Below are positions 51,501 to 63,500 of a stretch of DNA of 64,000 bases, one piece after another. The DNA comes from Antedon mediterranea (lineage: Eukaryota > Animalia > Echinodermata). How positions within the stretch are numbered: the first letter of the stretch is position 1; each line of letters begins with the position of its first letter. Position numbers and translations under genes: made by a program. Under the pieces are notes generated by a model that saw only the letters and a list, made by a program, of their open reading frames with translations, searched no databases and was not told the origin of the DNA. The stretch is from contig NC_092680.1 in the NCBI RefSeq assembly GCF_964355755.1, forward strand, positions 682,001 through 746,000. Direction: 5' to 3'.

Positions 51501-54500
51501 AGTTTGACAATAGGGAATGGTGTGTGGGGTGCTACAGTCCGCAGTAAATTGGAGGGATACGTGGGACTATGGGCAGTAGCGAATTAAAAGTTCACACCAT
51601 ATTAATTCTAAAAATAATTGATGAGATGCTCTTTAGTTTTCGTTTTAGCTATTAATGTATTTCATTCAGCAGAACATTTTATTTAAATTACATTCGTATA
51701 CCCCTTCAGTTAAGATACATAAAAAGTGTGTGCGGGTGGCCGTTTCGAAAACGCGGATGTTAAGTTTTGATGGATGTAACTGAACATATTTGGAGGTGCG
51801 AAAAAGTCTCCACGACATTGGCCCATCATGTTTTTTACTTCATTTCCAAATAAACATATAGTGTTTTAAGGATGAATGATAAAATAATTTGATTTTTTTT
51901 TTATTTGATTTGAGTATTTAAAAACTTTAATTACTCTCTGTTTTTGCATACGCTGTTTTTTGATACTTTATTCACATGCCGATGTAAATGTCCTTCAATC
52001 CTGTCGGTTGTTTACGAAAACCGAATGCCAATGCTTATATCGTAAACAACCGACAGGATTGAAGGACATTCGCATCGGCATGTGAATAAAGTATCAAAAA
52101 CAGCGTATGCAAAAACAGAGAGTAATTAAAGTTTTTATATACTCAAATCAAATAAAAAAAAAACTCCTACCAGCGTGCAAAAATGCATTACTGTAGGTAT
52201 TCTTGGGAATGGGATATGTAACTAATTCCACGTGTAAATCGAGTCGACTTGACACGGATGCCCGGATGTACTCTCCTAAATGTTTTAAAAAAAAGCCAGA
52301 GACGATATATATATATATAAATCACTTGCACTGATGAAGGGCTAGTGTTGGCCGAAAGCTCTGCTAACTTTTCTGACTGTTTTACTTATCGTTTTGATTT
52401 AGCTTTCTCTTTTTTTTGTATCTCCATTGAGATCCAGCCACAGCATTGTCATTTTTTCAGTAATTTGCCTTTGGATTTATAAATCAATACATACTTTAAT
52501 GTCCAATCATACTCAATTCATTCTATTGAATGTTTTAAGTAGAATTGGGCAATTGTAATAATTCATAATTATATTATTAGACCTATGTACAGAAAAATGA
52601 AAGAAATGTATCGGTTCAAATATATACAGCCCAAACAACACATTTGAAATGTAACACAAACACACACACCCCAGACCCACTGTAGGTACAGAACATTCAT
52701 TCTTAGCCGCCCGGTGATATAATTTAATTAACTAATTATTTTAAAACGATCATGTAATGAGGAAATCTGTGAGAATAAGAACAATTTAGGAACCCTCGCT
52801 TGATATGCTGGTGCTTTCATAGTGTTTTTCAAATTCGACTGGGCATAATCAACAAACAAAAGCCCTAATGAGGTTTCGTAAAATAATACAGTGATATTTT
52901 ATTTTACAAATACAATCAATTTTAGGATTTTCTTATACATAATAGTTTGGTTCTTTATCAGTATTGGATAGTGTAATAAATGGTCATTAATATTATACAT
53001 AGAAATTATTTATTTAATTATAAATAGAAAATTAGGCCATATCAAATACCAGTGAACATCCGTTTAGCCCGTTTGAAATTCAATCAAACCTATTTGGTTA
53101 ATAATAATTTAATGAGTTCAGAATGTATACCTTTTTATCCGCATACGATATTTGACTATGTATTTATGTAAATTATTTGATATGTTTTCCAATAAACAAT
53201 GTACTGATTTTTGTTTTAACACTTTGCAATGATGAATGATAAAAGGGTCTATTTTTTGTAATTGATTTGGGTATTTGTAACTTTCCATAGCTCTCTGTTT
53301 TTTACTTTATTCACATGCCGATATGAATGTCCTGGAGTCCAATCGGTCATTTACGAAAACAGAATACACTGTAATAAGCATGATTTGCATAGAATTCTCA
53401 TAAAATCCTGTGTTTATATCTCAAAGGTCACTAAACAGTCCCAGAAGACAGATCATTCAAGGTTATGATATGAATGGTGAACTAGCAAATAGCTCAACAT
53501 TTTGATTACAAAATGCTTAATTTAAACACAAAGGAGAATGTACATAGGTATACAACTCCCTGGGTAGACATTCTGTGAACACCACTACTCGTAGATTTGA
53601 ATGTATAGATAGATAAATAATATATAATGTGATGATCAATGAAGAATGATAATCTCATGTAAAATCGAAACCTTGCATTGAATTGACAATGATTTTTAAT
53701 ACAACAAATTCAATCAAGGTGCTTGATATAAATATTCTTTTACATTTCACATTAACATTATACCGACGATAATGATGGTGTATAATTATATGTGACTTGG
53801 TGGAGACTCTTACCCCAACCCGGTTTATAAATTACAATTCCGTCTGCTGTATTGCTTATTGTTATTGGATATACTCTTGTTTTTAAACCGTAAATATTAA
53901 AAAAACGACGAACTCTTTCATGGTAAAGAAATAACCATCATCCATACAAAAAGATAGATCTCGCAGATTTTTCTTTGTTTAAAGGTTCATGTACAAAAAT
54001 AAGGAAAAACTGGCATTTAGGGGTAATGTTGTATCAAAATAATCTGATTTAAAGTGTACATTTGAACCATCTCAAGGATGTATGGTATGTGGATGTTGGT
54101 TGAGAATGAGAGGATGAGCTGAGGTGGGGTTGGTGGTTAGATGGGGATTCAGAGATAATGAATCAAAATGAATTCTTCTGTGAAGGATTTAACCTGTGAT
54201 TTCAATCATTGCAATCATGCATGGTCTCCATGAAGCAAATAACTCCCACCCTGGGGCAGGTATTTGTATCTGCTACCTTCTAATAAATATAAGAAGTCTG
54301 ACAGTTTAGCATACCAGATGATTTTAATGCATTTTTATTTTATACTTTACTTTTAACTTTATTAAATTGTACAATCATTTTCATAAATCATAATAAATAA
54401 ATAAGTCTATATGCAGACTTTTGTACTAGGTTCTCCCAACCAAAGGGCCAATAAATTTACCTGTCATGGACACTTGTTGTGTGCTATACCAATTAAGGGA

Positions 54501-57500
54501 TTGTGACTTAAAGTAAGATGTCATCTTTTTTGTGGCACGCCTAATTGGCGACAGAAGCTGTGTTAGCCTCTTTTGTTGCTCCATGGCGCAAAATCTAGCT
54601 ATTTTTTGTATTGTTATGTTTGTATAATTGTTTTTGCCGAAATTAATAAAATAAAATATAATAATCTAAATTTCTTCTTAAAGATGATGAGTTATTTAAG
54701 TTTGATCAAAAACTAACTCATATATATCAAAGTTATGCGATGAGGTCATAATTGCTACACCCATTTTACAATCTTAGTTTGTGTACATTTTATCATCGAG
54801 TTGAACAACAACTAAAATACAACTGTATCACACATTCATCAAACAATACTGTATAAGTAATAATAATCCCTTCTACATTGTAGTTGTGGGCCCTGTACTC
54901 TGCTAAAGTTACTTTAAATACACGTAATACATTTGACATATGCCTACAATCATGTACTGTACGTGTACTTGAACAAAGCATGTATTTGTGTTTATTCTGC
55001 ATGTTGTCAACCCCGATATCTACTCGCAGTTTCCGACTCGCAACTCGCACTTTCCGACTCGCAACTCGCACTTTCCGACTAGCAACTCGCAGTTTCTGAC
55101 CCGCAACTCGCACTTTCTGACTCACAATTCGCACTTTCCGACCCGCAACTCGCACTTTCTGACTCGCAATTCGCACTTTCCGACTCGCAACTCACACTTT
55201 CCGACCCGCAACTCCTAATAGGAGTTATCGCGGGAAAAACGAATACTGTAAGCCTATACTACAATGAATCATAATTTATCTGGACTCAAGAAAATTTGAT
55301 TCTATTTTGTATCTATACATACTGCTCTTATTCCGTTCTCTCATTCGGCTAGGATGTACTTGATGTAATACTTTTTTGTATGGAATCTCTGCCTCGACCA
55401 AATGATGCTTTTTGTTTTTGTTTTTATTTTTATTATTATATTTTTGTTTATTAAATATACATATGTTGATGTTTGATTTGGTAGAAATAAATGTTGAATT
55501 GAATGTTTGCGATATACTATGATATGACCTGATGCATATCTGATGCATATACAGTATATACACTTTTAGTACTGAGTGCCTATATTATTTGTACGTGTCA
55601 TCTAGTTGATGAGCCTAGTACAGTATAATAATATATAGAATACAAATCCAACATTCTTCAAAATTCTATGATGTGGGTAACATGGGTACCTTACTGTCAA
55701 ACTACTTTACATTGCATTCGTTTATCATGAACGGATTGTGATTGACTTTCCAGTCCGCGAATGTCCTTGCCTGTTGGAATTTGATTTACAAGCGTGATTG
55801 ATTTTGACGGTAGCTTACCATTGAAAAGACCAAAAAACATTCTAGCACACGCTGTCGTCCCTGTATCACGCTCAGAACTTGCTGCTCAAAAACTTTTTGT
55901 CATCGAAACTGTAGGCCTACTGAAATTTTATTTAAAAGTTCCTGATTGACCTTTTCTGTTTCATCAATTGTTCGACTTCTTCAAATACAGTGAGTAATAA
56001 TAGAACATTTGTATTATATTAATTTGAACAACATTTTACAATTATTAAAACAGTACTGTATTACTGTAACTATGAATGTAAATAGTAAAATTTACTGTAA
56101 AAGAACTCTCCGCAATAGAGCCAAAAGAAGGGCTAATGAGATTGTAGGGCAAATTGGTAGGCCTAGGCCTAATGTGAATTTTGATACGGATAATGTAATT
56201 AGGCCTATTAATCCACGTTATTATAATGATGAACACGTTGACGACGGAAGTGTCAATATTACTCCGTCTCTACCTCCTTCTGATAATAGCCAAACTGACA
56301 ATGTCACTACTAGTACTACTAGTCATGATGACCAGAGTGTTAGTAGTCTTAATAAAGCAAGTAGTAGTAGTGTTACTTCCAGTTGTAGCCTAACTAAAAA
56401 TAGTCCCAAACGTTGTAGTAATATCAGCAGAATTGAAATTAGTAGCAGCAGTAGTAGCAGCAGTAGTATAAATGATATTGATCGTAGTAATAGTAGTACT
56501 AGTTCTACTATTATTAATACTACCACTACTACCAGTGGTGGGGGTAGTAGTAATTTTAGCCTATCTCATCCTCCTTATTTTTCAAGTAGTCCGGGCAATA
56601 CTTCCTCTAGTTCTCTGTCCGATGATGAGGAAGACAACATTAATCCTTCAACTACGATAAGAAATGAACTCTGTAGATGGGCTATTGAGAGCCAAACACC
56701 ATCATGTCATGTTACTTCACTTCTTAGTATTCTTAAAACTTGTGTACCAAATCTTCCAAAAGATGCATGAACATTAAAACATACCCTTACTTCATACCGA
56801 CTAGAGGACATTGCAGGAGGGACATACCATCATTTCGGAATTGCCAAAAATGTAATTTCTATTCTTTCTGTCGATGACAAGTTTTGTGGTATCACTAGTT
56901 TACGTCTACAAATCTTCGTTGATGGTTTACCACTTTTTAAAAGTAGTAATGTCCAATTTTGGCCAATACTTGGCCGACTGGAATTGTATGAAAGTACTGG
57001 CCCCTTCATAATTGGGTTGTATGTTGGAACTTGGATGACATCCAGAATATTGAAGAAAGCCTTAAAGAAAGGGCAAATCAAAAGGCCCTAGTAGGTTTAA
57101 TATTTTACTTAAAATAATAATAACAACGTTCTCAATTAATTAATCATTCTGCTTTACATAGGATGTATTCAAATATTTCAATTAATGTTAAACCAAATTG
57201 ATTAATGTATTGTTTGAAGGTTTGCATGGCGAAATCAAATTTGCGTTTTGTGCTTTGATCATCCTCATGAGTGAGAATGGGCCTCCTGAGGAAGATTAAA
57301 GCACATTGATCGAAACGTCGAGAAACTCAACAGTTCTTTTCAGAACTAATTTACGTGGTGTGCCGCAAACTTTAATCAACAATATTAACTAATGTTTTTC
57401 ATCTACGTTATGTTGAAAATGTCTTGTTTTAACAATTTCTTTATTTTTATATTTTAGATTTTGCGATTATGCAGTCTTGGTGGCCACAATGAAACAGATG

Positions 57501-60500
57501 TCCTCAATAGGATAATGGGTCATCTGCTTTCAAACACACTTGCCTCAGAATTTAATTGGATGGGAAGAGGGGATAAGAAGGGATTCAGAGGACTAAAGCT
57601 TTCAAAAATTGTAAAAGGTAAATACTCTAATAAACAGCACCCGCCATTCCAAGATATACACTGGTCCCAACATTGCTTCGGTGATTTGACGAGAACTGGT
57701 GTTTCAAAGTGTGTATATGAATTACCGTCTGACTGATTTTGGACGGAGATGCACACATAAAATTGGATGTCTCTTCCTCGTTTTCAAAATAATATTTTAA
57801 AAATCTTATTTAGTATTATTAAAATAATTATTTCAAATGCATAATTGCTTGTTTTATCTTGCTAATAGGGAAGCAAGAGGCTTTTGATTATATATTTTTC
57901 ACATGAGATAAAGTATTCTGTTGATGCACAATGTTTGTACACTTTGCAGTTTCAGCTAGAAGATCATGGACCGGAATGACGGAGGCCACATGTGAAAATA
58001 AAATAAAATCTTGGCTGAAATACAGCAAGGACAGAGCTGGGGGAAGAAAACTTAGGGAACAAAAGAAGAAAGGTCAGTTCAATAGTTAAATTTAGTATTT
58101 AAAGATGTTTGTACTTTACTTGTAAATCAGGTATCAAGTCATTTTAAACCACCATCATGACGGCAACAACAATAATCCATGCTGGTGGTTATTTATTACG
58201 ACTACTAATTTTCAAACTAGAATTTAATTCGTCTCTTTAACGAATTATAAGTGATGTCATTTTATAATTTTACTGACATTTATTTTAAAACAAATCATGC
58301 ACTTACGTTAAAATACCATCGCAAAATGTTGATACTGTATAATTATGGCATCTTTTGACCTGATGCATTTACGCTTATAGTGCTGAGTTATAATTATCTA
58401 CAGCATATGTACATCTATATATAGCATAGGTGAAATTTTTTTTTTTTGGTATGATGGCGTTATCAAAGTAAACATGAAGATGATGAATTGAGCAAAAAGA
58501 TAAAAGATTTGGAATAAAATTAATTGGGCACGTAAAAGGGCGGCGGTGCGCGCTTTTTGAAATTTGTACAACTTTTACTAAAAACTAACATTGTGTTAAA
58601 TAAATTGCAATGCGATAAGCTTTCTACTATAGCTTATGGTTTGTAATCACTATGTGTGTATTTAGTAAACGTATATAATTTACAGTTAATTGACAATAAC
58701 TTGCTTTTCTTTTCTCTTTGTAGCAGCTGCAGCAGCAGCAAACACCGACGAAGCCGAAGATACCATAGATGATGATGATGAACTTTTTATTTGAATTGTT
58801 GGTTATCCGTATACTGGATGCTTTTACGGCATCATATTGCCAGTAGATTTTGTAAAATAGGATTTGTTTTTTCTTTGGTACTATTATTCATATTTAAAAG
58901 AGCGCATCTCGCTTATCGATACCCCATTTCTCCCAGCTTTAAATATTTTCTTATTCAATAAATCATTCCTCGCATGAGTAGTAAACTTTTTAATTTTGAT
59001 GACCTCATTATGTCTCAACATTTGAACAACATGGGTTAATTAATTTAATCTATATAGTAAATTGTAATCTATAGCCCCTCAGGATGAAAAGTGGCCCTCA
59101 TGATTAAATGTGTGCTCAAATTAACTTCCGAATTGATGAAATGTTAAAAACTTGATTAAAATGTAATCAAACGTTGCAATTAATTATACATTTTTACATT
59201 CTTAAGAGACGAGTTCAAATCTATATAGTTTATTTGATTTTTAATTGTCTAGTTTTTAAATGTTTTACTTAAATTGTTTATCATTAAATAAGTATACCTT
59301 TAATAAAAACAATTTCCAATCCAATATTTGCAGAGTACCGGCATTATTTAATTGTTAAGTTTCATTCATATTCATTCGATGGTACAATCTATTTACTACG
59401 GTGAATCGATGTAAATTAACACAGCTACTCCAACACGTTGTGCTCACGCATAACCGACGAATACAAAATACGATGACCGACGTAATCTATGACTTTAAGC
59501 CGACGTTGACCCAACACATTGGGCGAACTAATGCCCAACGAAGAACAATTACGTTAAACCAACGTCATCAAAAGTTGTTAGACCAATGTAATATAAATGA
59601 CGTTAAGCCGACATCAACCCAACACGTTGAGCCAACCTAGACACGACAAATAAAAAAATACGTTGAACCAACGTCATCAAAAGTTATTAGACCAACGTAA
59701 TGTATATGACGTTAAGCCGACGTCAACCAAACACATGTCGGGCCAACATCGTTAAAAGATGTTAAGCCAACCATAAATGACGACGTTTGTCCGACGTTGC
59801 CCGAACACGTTGTGGCAATGTCTGTCCAACGCGTTGGGCCCACTAAGGGCCGATGTAAAAAATAACGTTGGGCCTACGTCGGTAAAAGTAACGTCGGGCC
59901 TACGTCGGTAAAAGTTGTTAAGCCAACCATAAATAACGACGTTTGTCCGACGTCGCCCCAACACGTTGTTCCGATGTCTGTCCAACGCGTTGGGCCCACT
60001 AAGGGCCGACGGAAAATATTACGTCGGGCCTATGTCGCGGTATAAGATGTCGAGCCAACCATAAACGACGACGTTTGGCCGACGTCGCCCCAACACGTTG
60101 TTCCAATGTCTGTTCAACGCGTTGGGCCCACTAAGGGCCGATGGAAAAAATTACGTCGGGCCTACGTTGGTAACAGTAACGTCGGGCCTACGTCGGTAAA
60201 AGATGTCAAGCCAACCATAAACGACGACGTTTGGCCGACGTCGCCCCAACACGTTGTTCCGATGTCTGTACAACGCGTTGGGCCCACTAAGGGCCGATGG
60301 AAAAAATTACGTCGGGCCTACGTCGCCTAAAGTTGTTGGCCCAACGTAACTGTTGACCTTACGCCAACGTCGGTACAACGTGTGATTGCTAGCTGGGTAA
60401 CTACGGTGACATGGGATGACCCAGTGGTTAGTGACAACGTTGACATTGAGGAGCTTTCAGCTACTTGTAGTCCAAGAAACCAATCAACATTTGAAATCGG

Positions 60501-63500
60501 TTTAACAAAGGTCACTTGTACCGTTAATGATACTGCTGGTAATACTAACAGCTGTAGATTTGGTGTCCTAGTTAAAGGTAAGAACAAATTGACCAATAAA
60601 TAAACCGATTATAGATTGGACATTTTTATACCACTAGTAAAAATAACCTAGACCTATTTCTTTATGTAAAGGATGGAAACCTAACAAATAAAGTTTTATG
60701 ACATTTTTTAAAACCACTTTGATCTTCAATTAAAGGTTTTATATTTCATAGTCTTTTTAAATTCTTATTGGAGACAAATTAACAGATAATTAAAACATGA
60801 TTAATAATTGACTATAAATAGATCAAATAAAATAAATCATCTCCTTCTAACAAATATTATTATGATAACGCATGGAACGTTGAGTAAGTTTCAACGTAAC
60901 CTTTTCCTTCACCATAAATGAAATTATTATCAAATGAATAGATTATTTATTTTATTTTATTTTATTCACTCGAAACCAACAGCGATAATTACCGCCACTA
61001 ACAGGTTTGATACAAACAAAGCCAGGACTGTTTAAAGCACCTTGATTGGTCCTGACATTGATCAAGGGCTTCTCTCGTCCAGTTCCCACCTTGACCAGAG
61101 GTCTGAGGCAGATACTAGATGCAGGGGCTGCCATAAGAGTCATCAGTGCTTATTTCAAATGCCTAACGGGACCCAGCTCCGTATACAGCACCCGCTATTC
61201 CCAGATGGTCTCCCATCCAAGCTCTAACCAGGCCGAACATTGCTTAACTTCGGTGATCTGACGAGAACCGGTGTTTCAACGTGGTAAAGCCGTATACAAT
61301 TATTATGAACTAAGCCACTGAACGAGATACAAAAGAGGAAAACAAACTTAAATTTGATTATTTGTATTCCCTTGTAGACAATACAAAACCGACTATAACA
61401 TGTCCAGAGTCGATGCAAATTGATGCTGAATCCCGTCTAACTACGGTGACATGGAGTGACCCAATGATTACTGACAATGTTGATACCGAAGGACTTTCAG
61501 CTACTTGTAGTCCAAGGCAATCGCCATTTGGAATTGGTTTAACAAATGTCACATGCACCGTTAATGACACTGCTGGTAATATTGGGAAATGTGTGTTTGT
61601 TGTTCAAGTTACAGGTAAGACAAAATCGATCAGTTAAATAAACAAATGAAACAATTATACAGCAAACAATCATTGTATTTAATTAACCTTGGAATAGGAA
61701 GGCAATCACGTTAACCACAAAGTAACATATCCACTAAATGTTGCTACAATAATAAACTATTTTTGGAAAAAATGAAAGAGAAAATAGGAATATTGGCAGC
61801 TAAATAAATAACAAGGAATTGAACGAAATACAAGAGAGGAAAACAAAATTAAATTCTTGCAGATTGAATTTGCATATTTTCATTCCTTGGTAGATAATAC
61901 AAAGCCGAATATAACGTGTCCAAAGTCTATGGACGTTGATGCAAAGTCCAGTCTAACTACGGTGACATGGAGTGACCCAGTGGTTAGTGACAACGTTGAT
62001 ATTGAAGGAGTATCGACTATATGTGATCCAGGAAAGGAATCTCAATTTGAAATTGGTTTAACAAATGTCACTTGTACCGTTTATGACAATGCTGGTAATA
62101 TTGCCAGTTGTAGTTTTGGCGTCCGAGTTGCAGGTAAGATAATAATAAATGAATTAGCAGTTAACGATACATAAAACATGTCACTCAATATAATACACGG
62201 AATGGTGGTTGCATATTAGAAACATCATACAACAATATAATTTGCTTCATTTTACAGACAATACAGAGCCGAACATAACGTTTCCAGAGTATAATGGACA
62301 TTGATGCGAAGTCCAATCTAACTACGGTGACATGGGATGACCCAGTGGTTATCTCTATGGACACGGTCAAGCTCAGTGATTTAACGAATAAACTACTTTA
62401 TTCTATTTAGTTTTTACTACTTAATTTTTTTTTCAAACTCAGACAATACAAAGCCGAACATAACTTGTCCAGAGTATATGAACATTGATGCGGAGTCCAG
62501 TCAAACCACGGTGACATGGGATGACCCAGTAGTTAGTGACAACGTTGATGCCAATGGACTATTGGCTACTTGTCGTCCAGGAAAGAAATCTCAATTTAAA
62601 GTTGGTTTAACAATTGTCACGTGTACCGTTACTGATGCTGCTGATAATATTGGCAGTTGTAGTTTTGATGTGCTAGTTACAGGTGGTACAGGTAGGCATA
62701 TTTTATTCATTATAATAGTGCTTTAAATATAAAATTTTTCAAAAGCATAATGAAATATTAACTTACACTATACATTAAACTGTGATAATTATTTACTGAT
62801 TGTGTTTCTATTTAGAGTATGCTATATTTAATACAATTTGTGTTTATTTAAGTCCTATTTATATTGTTGTGTCCTCTTATATTATCTACACTACTTACTT
62901 AATCAGTAAACTACCTAGAAAGTAGGTATAGCGCTAAATGCACCTTTTTGACTTACACTTTCTTGTTTACCAAAAATCATAATTTGAGCATCATTTATAT
63001 AAATTTATAAATATAAGAATTAAATACATATAAAACCTGAATCTAATTGTTTTTACAGAATGCCAAGACGAAGAAAAAGAACTGAATTGTTATACACCTA
63101 CTGTGGTTAGTATCAACTAATTATGGAAAGAAACGTTTCAAACATATTGAATAAAATATAATAATAATTAATGACTCAATCCTCAACGAGAACTTTCCAA
63201 AACTCTTTCGTTCGGTGGTTGTATGTTCACTCGTTTTTTAGCCAAATTAAAATTCAAAATAATATCAGAATGAAATACTCTAGAAGAGCGCATTAGATTA
63301 CTATACTTGCGAGTTAGATTCAGAGAGAATTGCTTTGTTTTATTTCTGTTTCCTGAACAGTGAAAGACATATTCAAAGCTATTCTCATGTGTTACCTTAT
63401 AGGACCCGATTGTGAATGATTTTAAGGAATTTGAAAGTCAAGTACTTTCTCTAATAGCAGACATAGAAGTCGGCGAAGAAATAGTATTTGAAGAGCAAGA

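Larger units (their letters stand above)
44873..60397 (+). mobile_element. EnSpm/CACTA (CMC)-type DNA transposon, 15,525 bp, defective
   Basis: 13-bp TIR CCCAGCTAGCAAT...ATTGCTAGCTGGG, TA duplication (44871-44872 and 60398-60399), long AACGT-rich subterminal repeats at both ends, and internal transposase and DUF4806-like remnants. Removing it restores a 240-nt HYR exon. Confidence 0.92.

Noticed and set aside
54793-55218. ORFs with RVASRKV or TRNSHFP repeats
   Set aside because: These are translations of a 21-bp minisatellite.
60385-60400. AG in the right TIR (ttgctag, 60391-60392) as a rescue acceptor for the 3' half of the split HYR exon
   Set aside because: It needs a phase-2 entry. From the upstream phase-1 exons it reads GCT GGG TAA, an immediate stop.
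61183-61296. Functional 5S rRNA gene
   Set aside because: Solitary, several substitutions and an indel, no oligo-T terminator, and it continues into a SINE-like body and tail.
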